From the human T2T-CHM13v2.0 reference genome, Homo sapiens: a stretch of 64,000 nt of DNA. Position numbers and translations under genes: made by a program. This document shows positions 49,046 to 64,000 of this stretch, piece by piece; position 1 is the stretch's first letter; the number at the start of each line of letters is the position of its first letter. The stretch lies in assembly GCF_009914755.1 (NCBI RefSeq), contig NC_060936.1; one strand, 5' to 3'. The notes below the pieces were generated by a model. That model made no database searches and was not told where the DNA came from. It worked only from the letters and a program-made list of their open reading frames with translations.

Positions 49046-52000
49046 TGAATAGCTGTGAAATCTTGGACAAGTTACTCAACCTCTCTGAGCCTCAGGTTCT
49101 TCGTATGGGAAACAGGGGTAGTGCTTTGCCTACCTCGGGAGATAGGGGGATGATTCATTAGCTATGCCTGGTATGTACCTGGCATGCAGAAATTGTTTCA
49201 TGAACGTCTGCTGTGATGGCAAACCTTTCGGGTAGATCCATCTAGTTTCTCACGCGTGCGGCAAGCGGCTGTCGTGTTTACCGACCGTCCTGTGACTGTG
49301 GGGACTGGCAAAGCTAAATGGCCTGAGTGGGTTGAACTGTGGCCGCACCTGGTTAGCACCGTTCTTTTTCTTCTTCTGAAGGAAAGGCGTGGCTGTTCCG
49401 AGGTGCCTTGTGAAATAGCCAGCCGTCCTGGGCTGCCCTTTCACTGTTCCTGCTGAAGCCAAAGGTGCCAGAAAAGCCTAGACATTGAGCTCCGCGCTCC
49501 CCAGTCGTGACTCTGTGTCTACGACGAACTTTCTAAAGGCAGTGGCTTATAAACGAGCAGTACTGACTCCATGGCGGTTCCATCTACTTCCCGAGTGTGT
49601 CTGTGTTCAGAACGCTCCGCCATCCACAACCTTCCTACTGACTGGTTAGAAGGAGTACCTCCTTTCCACTCACTTAAAAGGACATTTTTCCAATGAGAGC
49701 AGGTCATATTTCAGACTGCATTGCCAAGGTACCAGGAGCCAGTAAAAGGGGGCATTTAAAACGGTATTTATCTTGACTGGCAAAACAGGTCATGGCTGTA
49801 AAAGAAACAGCTCTGGAGAAGGAGGCAGCCTCGCCGACTCTGGGCTCCCTCTCCCTACCCCCCCTCCCCACACTGTTTAAAGCATTCTGGAGCCGCTGCC
49901 AACTTTCCTGGCAAAGCTCTTATTTCTTTACATGTATGTTGCATTCCATCTGTTTAATGTGCGTTCTGTGCCATTCACGGATTTTGGCAAGGTCTGGCGA
50001 GGTGGCATGGCACGCTCAGGCTTGTGCTAAGCCAAACAGGGCATGGGGGAGAGAGGGACTGGAGGCCGACGAAGGAGTCCCGCTTCTCCCTCTGGCTCGG
50101 GGAGGCCTGGAGTTGCAAAGACGGAATAGGAATTGCATAGCAGTTTTCCTCCAGACGTGATTGAATCGTGCGTGTGCCACTGTTGCATTTCACCCTCCAC
50201 AGAGGGGTTTCGGGGTGCGGTTTTGCAGTTTCTGAAACACAGCCAGAAAAATCGAAATGATGAAGAAAGGTAACAGTAGGGAAACCCACTCGTACTCATG
50301 GATCTGGGGTTTCCCTAGAAACACTGCAAGGCCCGGAAGGCCAGAAAATGCTAACACCTGGATCCGATAGTCCCGACGCCTAAAGAAAAATTGATCTCAA
50401 TCTTTGCATTATTCTCAACAACCATTAAGTACTTGGTTGGTGAAGCGGAGGCAACGTGCTGTGATTTGGATCCAATTTCATCCACTTGGAAGACTGGAAA
50501 GCCAGGTTTTATGCACTGCCAAAACATCTGGTGAATTCAGTTAAAAAAAAAAAAAAGCACCAGTTTGGTGGGGGAGAAAACAAAACCCTCTAGAAACAGT
50601 TGTTGGGTATTGGGCGACCAAAATCATTCTGGTGATTGACACCCAATGTTCACTTTTCCGTTGGTTGCTGGTTGAGTAGAGCTTTTCAGAATGGGGAAAG
50701 CAAGACTTAGGCGAGAGAAAGGCAGATGACGGGGTTAAAAACATGAACGTTCACACTTTAAGAAAAAGTTAAGTGCACATTTCTTGAGTCCAGCCAAGAA
50801 AATGAACAGAATCTCCCTGTTAAGAAGTGGAGTTACTCACCTGATTGAAGAGAGATGACACGGCACAGGGGAAAAAAAAAAAAAAGGTACAGGCTCCTAA
50901 TAAGAAACAGCCGCATGTGGGATAAAATTAGTGCAAGTTGTATAATCCCAGTTGGCCAGTTGTAAGAACAGGGAGGAGAAAGGAGCAGGGGGAACATGTT
51001 TCAGATGTGATTCAAGAGGTCCTGGAGCCCGTCCTGACCCTCTGGGTTGGAATTTCTGACTCTCTTCTCTGCCTTGACTCAGAATAGGAAACCGAATCCT
51101 GACCGCGCGTTTCTTTTTATAGAATTAAACTTTCTTGCCAACTTCCTCCAGAGCACAAGATTACCCCTCATCGTCTCTAAACAATACGCCAATCATCAGA
51201 TGGAAGTGAGGGGGTGCACTGTCCTATTTGCACCAAACATAACCCAGGCCCCCGAGCAGAAGACAAACAACAGGAACAGAGTTTGGCTTTTGTACTGGGC
51301 CTGGTAAATACAACATGTTCTTACAGGTTGGAAAACCGTCTGGTTCCTCTTTGTACTTTCCCACTTTCTCCCACTTCTTCTAACTTGAATCTCATCGTTC
51401 TGCTTCGACATTGGCCAAGTTCACATTTGCCAGTTGCCGAGTGGATAATGGATGGTTTGTAAGATGAGTCGTATGCTAGGGAGACAGGCAGCTGAATGTA
51501 TACTGTCTGTGTGAGCAAATGACTTCTTTTGAACCTGAATCCCCACCCGGCCCCATAGGCCATCCATGTGCTGATAGACATTGAAGAAGATGACAACAGA
51601 ATGACTTAATGCCCATTCATTCAGTCGTCATATTTGTGCTGGCGAGGGAAACCTGCAGAAGCTCCCTTGCCCTGATAATCAGTTAGGAGGGGTCAGTCCT
51701 TGTGTGTAAGGTATGCTGGTGCTTGGAAGCCCAAAGGGGACATTAATAGAATGCAAAGTGTTTGGTAGTCCCTCATTAAAAATGGATTTTGTTTTCAGTG
51801 CTTTGAGGATGGGAATAGTGAAGTTGGAAACTGTGCTTGTAATTGGGAGCAGGTCTCCTGCCAGATTCTAACAGCTTTAAGGGATATCCAGTTTTGGGTT
51901 TACAGTACTACATTCTGGCTCATTGAAATTGCATCTAAACGTTGCCAGAATGTGTCATAAACTACAAAATCTGTACAAAAATATATTGACATAATGACTC

Positions 52001-52336
52001 TGTAGCCTTAAGTCAGAGGGGTGGGGGAGCCATGTGGCCCCATCAGCATTGTTCTTGCTCTGTCTCACAGCAGACTTGGGTCACCTGGGACAATTACCAT
52101 TCATGGGATTCCGACCCTGGTCTGACCAGTTCTCTCAGCTGCTTAGAACAGCCTCACCCTGTCCCATGGTCACAAATAGCATCCCTGCCTGTGCCACACC
52201 AGATAAGGGGCTGGGGATCAAGCCCAGCAGAACCGTTCCCACTTGTTCCTAGAATAAAGTCCCTCATGTCCTGCTGGCCTCACCATTCTCAGTTCTGATC
52301 ACTCTTCGCTCGCTGAACTCCAGACACAAAGCATCT

Positions 52337-52700
52337 TCTTTTTTTTTTAGACAGAGTCTCGATCAGTTGCCCAGGCTGGAGTGCAGTGGTGCAATCTTGG
52401 CTCAGCAACCTCTGCCTCCCATGCTCAAGTGATTCTCTTGCCTCAGCCTCCCCAGTAGCTGGGACTATAGGTGCCCACCACCACACCCGGCTAATTTTTG
52501 TATTTTTAGTAGAGATGGGGTTTCATCATGTTGGCCAGGCTGGTCTCGAACTCCTGACCTCAAATGATCCACCCGCCTCGACCTCCCAAAGTGCTGGGAT
52601 TATAGGCGTGAGCCACCATGCCTGGCCAACTCTGCATTTCTAACAAGTTCCCAGGGGATGCTGATGCTGCCGGTCCATGGACCACGCTCTGAGTAGCCAC
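52337..52700 (-). mobile_element. Alu (52337-52627) followed by a MER5A end fragment
   Basis: Reverse dimer; ctgcatttctaacaagttcccaggggatgctgatgctgc is MER5A-like. Confidence 0.85.
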
Positions 52701-52850
52701 GGTACCAACCTTTCTCAATCAGAGTTCCATGATAAAATAAAGCCTGACTGAAAATGAATTGAGCTACTACTCTCTCTGTTCACCTAAGGATGGTGCCTAA
52801 CTAGAGCCATTGGCTAGAAGTTAATTCATTACATATCTTACATGCCTTAG

Positions 52851-53397
<547 letters not shown>

Positions 53398-54212
53398 TCT
53401 TTACACGTTAGGGTGTCATTCTCTGGCAGTACCAGGTTGAGAGGGGTTGGGAAGTTGAAGACAGTGTTTTGTTCATGGCTATAATTCTGTTGCTTAGCAC
53501 AGTACTCTGCCTATGGCAGACCCTCAATATGTGTTTGTTGATTGATTGAATGAATGAATGAATAAATGAAAATAAATGAATGAAAATGAACTCCAAAATC
53601 ATGCTTGGCTCATGGGTAAATAGAATTCTCTTCACACAGCCTCCAACCTCCTCCACCCCACTCTCCTCCCCCCAACCTCAAATCAGTGGGCTTGTTGTCA
53701 TCTAAGGCACAATTTTTCTAAATGTAGCATTTTCCAGGGTAAATATCCCTTTGAAAAAAATGTGAAGAAAAATTCTCGCTTGAGATCTTTTTTTAAATGT
53801 CTCCAATGACTAAAATCCTCTTACAGTAAGTACCCAGAGAATTGCATTTGCTTAAAGAAAAAAAAAAAAAACTGCCGTTTTTAGTCAAGAATGTAGAAAG
53901 TACTTGAAAATCATATACTTTTCCCCCCCATCTTACTGAGCAAATTATAAAATGGTAAAATTGATTTTAGTTCTAGATTGTTTTTAAAGCTCCACCTCAG
54001 ACTGAGGCCTCATGGATAAAGTGGTACTAGGGACTTATCTGGAAAAAAAAAATCCCTATAGTAATAACACTGGAAATTCAAGGAGGAAAAACAGTAGTCA
54101 CAGGGTTTTTGATTTGTTTTATTTAGGGGAGTATCTTATATGATTTCAAGAGGAAAATTACATATAAATAAGATCTACATTTTGCTTAAAACTATGGATT
54201 CAGACTGTATTA

Positions 54213-54557
<345 letters not shown>

Positions 54558-56012
54558 TCAATGTATATGTTTCCACACACTCAGTAACTCTGAGGCAAGT
54601 TTTCAAACCAAATTGCCATGTAGAAAGCAAAGCCAACTTCTCCCTCTTCTCTTCTAAACCTTTGCGCAAATGAGCAGGCTGAGCTCTCAATTACTCAGGG
54701 CAGTTGAGTGAGATTTGGAGCACTGAAAAGGTTTCTGGAAAAGAATACGGTGGTGACAACCTTTCCGTGCTCTTCTACGTATATCCTTCTTTACCTAATA
54801 GAGGTTAAAAATCATTTCTATTTTGCATGCTTACCCTGACATCATCTTGTCAGTGACTGCCTGAATGGTTCTGGGCAAATATTATGACTCCAAGTCTGGG
54901 TTCTCTATGTGGGGAGGGGAACGGTGCTGTGATTGACTGGTAATGTCCGCCATGAGGAGGGCCATGGAGAGTGGTGGATGGTCTGTGTATTTGCCATTCC
55001 TGGATCCTGGTATAGTCTTCTCTTCTATCATAGCTGTTCTAGTAGAAGGAGAACTTCAAGGAGAAGGTGCTGTGCTTCTGAGGATAATGTGTCTCACTCC
55101 ATTTCATACAGATACACCAAGTCAGCATTTCAATTCACGAAAGCTCCCAAGACAGATGTGAAACAGAAAGACGCCATTGTGGGAAAATCCCTTCCCTTCT
55201 CTGGACATATCTAAATAGGCTGTTATATGTGTGACTCCCTCTCAGGGTAAGTATGGCTAAGACATGCTATGTCCCTTCATTGGGTTACTCTACATTTGAC
55301 TCTGTCATTGTGACACTATATGCTGCCAAAACATCACATCCCTTCCCTTGGAACAAAAAGGTCTTTTCATAAGACTTATTAAGTCTGAACATTAATCATA
55401 TTCATCATTATTCAGTCTGCCTGCTGTCCACAATACTTAAATGAAGGGAAATTTTAAAAATAGAAAAAGACAAGTTTAGGAACTTCAAGACAATGATGAG
55501 AAAGGAATGATGGGGAAGAAAGCAATGGTGACCAAACCTATATTAAAAAATCTTAAATAAAAAAAATTAACAAATAGACTCTTAACTTTCAATATTAGTC
55601 TTTATTTCAAAAATAAGAGGAAGAGTGATTAAAGAGATGAATTCACATTTGAATAGGGTCCAAATGACTTAAGGACTATTTGGATTCAAATATTTCAGTT
55701 GGACCAGGAATGATGTTAGAGTTATGTGAGGCATTAGGGGTTGAAGTGAAATGGAAATCTTTCTTTCATTTAAAAGCAATTTTCTTGCTTTTGTGGGCCT
55801 TGAGAGTTTTCTAGGCTATGCAGGCCAACGAGCCTCCAACTCCCTTGCCTTGGACTCATGAACTCCCATTTCAGATCCAGCCTGTTAGGAGGAAGTAGAG
55901 TTTCTGTTTGTGACAGTTCCTTTTGCAGAAATCATGTGGTGCAAGAGAAGATTGTCCATATAGAGCTGAACAGTTGTTAGTTTTGAATCCAAATTAGAAA
56001 GTTTCTGCGCTA

Positions 56013-56328
56013 GGGCTGGGCATGGTGGCTCACACCTGTAATCCTAGCACTTTGGGAAGCCAAGGTTGGAGGATCACTTGAAGCCAGGAGTTAGAGAGCA
56101 GCCTGGGCAACATAGCGAGACTTATCTCTACAAAAATTAAAAAAAAATTAGTGGAGTGTAGTGGCATGTACCTGTAGTCCTAGCCACTTGGGAGGCTAAG
56201 ACAGGAGGATCTCTTGAGCCCAGGAGTTTGAGACTGCAGTGAGTCATAATATCACACCACTGCACTCCAGCCTGGGCGACAGATGTGAGACCCTTCTCTT
56301 AAAAAACAAAACAAAAAACAAACAAACA
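56013..56328 (+). mobile_element. AluJ-like
   Basis: Dimer; TSD agaaagttt. Confidence 0.9.
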
Positions 56329-56701
56329 AGAAAGTTTTGGTACTAGTGATACAGTAGAATCACACCTGATTTTGGTTCTGGCTTCAGAGCCTCTCATGTA
56401 AGATGCCACCATGAGAACGATCACTGGTGAACAGGGTGAAACAGAAAGTGCTTTGCTTGGAAAGACAGGAAGCAGGTGGTGAGTTCTTCTCCACCACATT
56501 TCAAAAACAGAGTGTATGTAGTAGGCCCCATCAAGCAAGCTTTAACCTCAAACCCATTAGATGTTTATTAAGCACCTACTGTGTGCCAGGCCCTGTGCTA
56601 AGGGCTTTTATATATGGCATCTAATTAAACCCCAGGACAAACAGAAACATCCTAGCAGACTCTACCCATCCCTCATTCCTAAGTGTGGCTTGATAGTAAG
56701 G

Positions 56702-56913
56702 CAGAGCTTTTCAACCTTAGCACTACTGGCATTCAGGTTGGATATTTGTTCTTGGGGGCTGTCCTGTACACTGCACGATGTTGAGCAGCATTGCTGGCCT
56801 CTACCTACTAGACGCCAACAGCATACCTTGCTCTAGGAATGACAATCAAAATGTCTCAAGACATTGTCAAATGTCCTCCAGGGGACAAAAATTGCCCCTA
56901 CTTGAGACTCACT
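56702..56913. mobile_element. MER20, second copy
   Basis: ggggctgtcctgtacactgcacgatgttgagcagcatt...aaaatgtctcaagacattgtcaaatgtcc. Confidence 0.85.
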
Positions 56914-57107
56914 TCCTTAGAGACAGAATGGTTGCAATGCCCAGGCAGCTGAAGGTAAACATATCTTTCACTCCCTTCAGTGGTCTGACTCAGTGGTTCT
57001 CTAACCTGAATGTGTTATAAACAATATCATATACACCCTACTTTATGGGAAGAGAATTTTCAAGGGTAATTTGACCCCATTCATTTTTGCCTTACGTGCT
57101 GACATGA

Positions 57108-57455
<348 letters not shown>

Positions 57456-57861
57456 ATAAGCCCTCTTTTAAATTGGACACCACTGGTCTCCCTGAAGAGC
57501 TCAGAGCAGTCACAAAGGTCTTTTCAGCACAGAAAAATCTCTCTCCTGCCCAGGCTTCTTCTGCAAGGACAATGGTGATTATTGCCCATATTGAATACTT
57601 CCTGTGGTGCCGAGCCACCCTACTGAATCCTTACATTGACACTATCAGGTAGGTGCTATTCCTGCCCATTTTTCAGAGGAGACCCTGAGGCTAATAAATG
57701 CTAGAGCCCATTTGATGCCAAGCTGGAGCGCTTTTCAATAGAAAATATGCACAGCATGCACTCAATAATGGTGAACTACAGTTTACTAGTGGAAAACAAA
57801 TCTGTTTGATTTAATCATGAACAGTCATTCAAAATTATTTTCCTGAACCAAAAAAAAGACT

Positions 57862-60090
<2,229 letters not shown>

Positions 60091-60486
60091 AAGACTAACT
60101 GTACTGGTCAATCCTCCTAATATCATGGCTAGGAAGGATATGGATATTCAGAGTGTATATATAACCCAAATTGTGTTTCTCTTCCAAAATATATAACACA
60201 AGTGGTCCAAACATGTATTAACTAACTGTCAAAACAAAACAGATCATTTTATTTGAAGCTACAAAAAGACTGGAGTATTGGCAGTTACTCTGAAATAATG
60301 GTGATCATGCTTGCCATATCATAGTGGCATTATACATTTGCTATGACACCTTCTCCATATAGCTGGGTGCTTCTTGAGGTCAGGGACTGACTTAAACCCT
60401 TAGACTTAGTCTCTTAGACTCACTTAGACCTTGGTACCATGCTAAATTTGTCGAGATACTAAATAATACATGAATGCACTTTCTAG

Positions 60487-61253
<767 letters not shown>

Positions 61254-61577
61254 TATGAATGCATTTAAAATCTAACAATTATGTGCACTTAATCTTCATC
61301 TCTCAGCAACTGTCGGTGGTGAATATTTTCAAGATCCTCTTTTTCATAGGAAGAGACTAACGCTGAAGGAGATGAAGTGACCAGCCCTGGGTCACCCCCT
61401 GGTAAACTGTGGTTCCAGGCTTTGGACTCAAGTCTCATGCTTGGAACTCCAGCTCTCATACTTTTTAACATTTTTACCAGGTAAAAGTGGGTTGGGAACC
61501 CCAGATGCCAAATGTGGCCCGATGTCTACCATTTCCAAACTGTCTTAATATGAAGCAGAATTAAATATAGGGAATTG

Positions 61578-61877
61578 GGCCGGGTTCGGTGGCTCATGCC
61601 TGTAATCCTAGCACTTTGGGAGGCCGAGGTGGGTGGATTGCCTGAGCTCAGGAGTTTGAGACCAGCCTGGGCAAGCTGGTGGAACACTGTCTCTACTAAA
61701 ATACAAAAAATTAGCCAGGCGTGGTGCATGCCTGTAATCCCAGGCTGAGGCACAAGAATTGCTTGAACCCGGAAGGCAGAGGTTGCAGTAAGCCAAGATG
61801 GCACCACTGCACTCCAGCCTGGGGGACAGAGTAAGACTCTGTCTCCAAAAAAAAAAAAAAGAAAAAAGAAAAAAAAT
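61578..61877 (+). mobile_element. Alu (S-type, small internal deletion)
   Basis: Dimer with A tail. Confidence 0.9.
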
Positions 61878-62257
61878 TAAACACAGAAAATTGTCATAAG
61901 CCTTTAATGTACACGGACTCAGTCACGTATGCTTGTGAAGAGAAAGCAAGCATAATATAAGTACAGGCAGTTTGCTTCTGCAGGCTGTGGAATGGGAGCA
62001 TGTCCAGGGTGAGGTTAGGGTGGCAGCTGCAGATGGCTGATCCTTCACCAGTCTCAGGAATCACCAGCTTCTTTTCCCATGTGGCCCTTTGCTGCCCTAA
62101 GTAGGAGTCCAGTGTTTATGCATGTTTTTACAATATTGAAAGATTAACATTTCTCCTACAATTTGACCTCTAAATACAAGGAAACAGCTTCATCTGGTTC
62201 GCAACCAAATAATAACGTGGGATCAGCTGGCTGGGCAGGACTTACTGTATTTAGAAA

Positions 62258-62319
62258 TGATCTATGGATGGCCAGTGTGCTTGTGATCTATGGATGGCCA
62301 GTGATCTATGGATGGCCAG
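62258..62319. repeat. Three perfect copies of 18-mer tgatctatggatggccag
   Basis: Copies at 62258-62275, 62284-62301 and 62302-62319. Confidence 0.95.
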
Positions 62320-62365
62320 GCTGCTTCCTATGGGATTTGTGAGGGAATTTTGGGATATATGTAAC

Positions 62366-62880
62366 TGTATTAGGGTTCTCTAGTGGGACAAGACTAATAG
62401 GATAGATGTATATATAAAGGGGAGCTTATTAAGGAGTATTGACTCACACGATCACAAGGTGAGGTCCCACAAGAGGCCGTCTGCAAGCTGAGGAGCCAGG
62501 AAGCCAGTCTGAGTCCCAAAACCTCAAAAGTGGGGAAGCCAGTAGGGCAGCCTTCAGTCTATGGTCAAAGGTCCCAGAGCCCCTGGCAAACCACTGGTGT
62601 AAGTCCAAGAGTCCAAAAGCTGAAGAACTTGGAGTCCGATGTTCCAGGGCAGGAAGCATCCAGCACAGGAGAAAGATGAGGCCGGAAGACTCAGCCAGTC
62701 TAGTCTTTCCATGTTCTTTTGGCTGCTTTTATCCTAGCCGTGCTGGCAGCTGATTAGATGGTGCCCACCCAGTTTGAGGTTGGGTCCGCCTCTCCCAGTC
62801 AGATGTTAACAGACACACTGAGGAATAATGCTTTGCATCCTTCAATCCGATCAAGTTGAGAATTAATATTAACCATCACA
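62366..62880 (-). mobile_element. ERVL solo LTR, MLT2A2-like
   Basis: Minus strand starts TGTGATGGTTAATA and ends AGAGAACCCTAATACA; 5-bp TSD gtaac/gtgac. Confidence 0.9.
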
Positions 62881-63760
62881 GTGACCATCGCCAAAAATCA
62901 CCATGCTGATTTTGGATCCCAAGGTATACCTGAGAAGTATTGGGGAAACATCAAAACCAGACACAGATTAAAATAAGAAAGAAAGACAACTTCGACATTT
63001 TTTTGAGTGCTAGACATTCTTCTGTGAAGTTCCTGTGTACTAACTCATTTAGTCATCAGAACATGACTATTAGGTAGGTACTATCATTATCCTTCCCATT
63101 TCACAGATGAAGCAACGGATGCACAGAGAGATTCAGGAACTTGCCCAAGGACCTGGTTAGAGTGACAGAACCATGATTTGAATGCAGATAGACTAGGCCT
63201 ACCACACTACACCACATTCCTATCTCCTTAACCAGACAGTGATCTCCAGGAAACTTGAATTAGGGTTCCTCATCTTTTCATCTTCTCTAGGTCTGGCCCT
63301 GACCTGTGATCACTGGGAATTCAATAAAGGCTCGCTTCAACTTGAATTGACTTCTTCGATTGTTGACTATCCTTTAAAACATTTTGACAAAAGAAAAAGA
63401 ACAACTGCCCAGGAACTCAGCATTTAGAGGCAATCTATAGCTTCTTAAACACAGCAAAAGGGGTGGAAACAGGATAATAAAATGAAATATAAATAGCTTC
63501 ACCATTATCCGTAGAACCCATTATGAAGCATAACAGTGGCTGGTCTCTCTCACTCTCTCTAAAATACAACCTCTTTGCAATGTTTTGTTTCTGTTACTGT
63601 TTCTGCTCGGGTAAAAGGATTACAAATAAAGGGTTAAACGTTTTAGTGAGAATTGTATTAATTGGGCCAGAGGTTGAATGTAGGCCTATATTTGTGCTAA
63701 CGCTGAAAAACGTTTTGCAAAGCCATATCATGTATTTGAGGTAGCAAGGGAAAGGCTTAG

Positions 63761-64000
<240 letters not shown>

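Noticed and set aside
62258-62319. CRISPR-like repeat-spacer pattern
   Set aside because: Only three 18-bp copies with 8-bp and 0-bp spacers, no cas genes, primate DNA; an ordinary tandem duplication.

Overview
Human-type (primate, Alu-dense) genomic DNA containing the 5' end of MED13L on the minus strand. Coding exon 1 is at 8074-8003 ([24 protein letters not shown], then a GTGAGT donor), inside a roughly 2 kb CpG island. Bases 1-8002 are intron 1. The ~55 kb upstream has no recognisable protein-coding gene and is dominated by Alu, L1, L2, MIR, MaLR/ERVL LTRs and DNA transposon relics (Tigger3, MER3, MER20, MER45A, MADE1), with a few repeat-poor, enhancer-like islands. I cannot demonstrate a new biological system here. 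The best leads concern MED13L dosage control: a single uORF whose stop overlaps the main start (AUGA), a candidate alternative 14-codon first exon (possibly also a poison exon) followed by a CA repeat, self-complementary GGC/GCC blocks in the 5'UTR, a perfect CLEAR/USF palindrome, and a co-oriented MLT2A LTR far upstream. There are also several readable mutational fossils, including a 55-bp templated copy later split by an Alu. Repeat subfamilies and boundaries were called by eye from remembered consensus sequences and are approximate.
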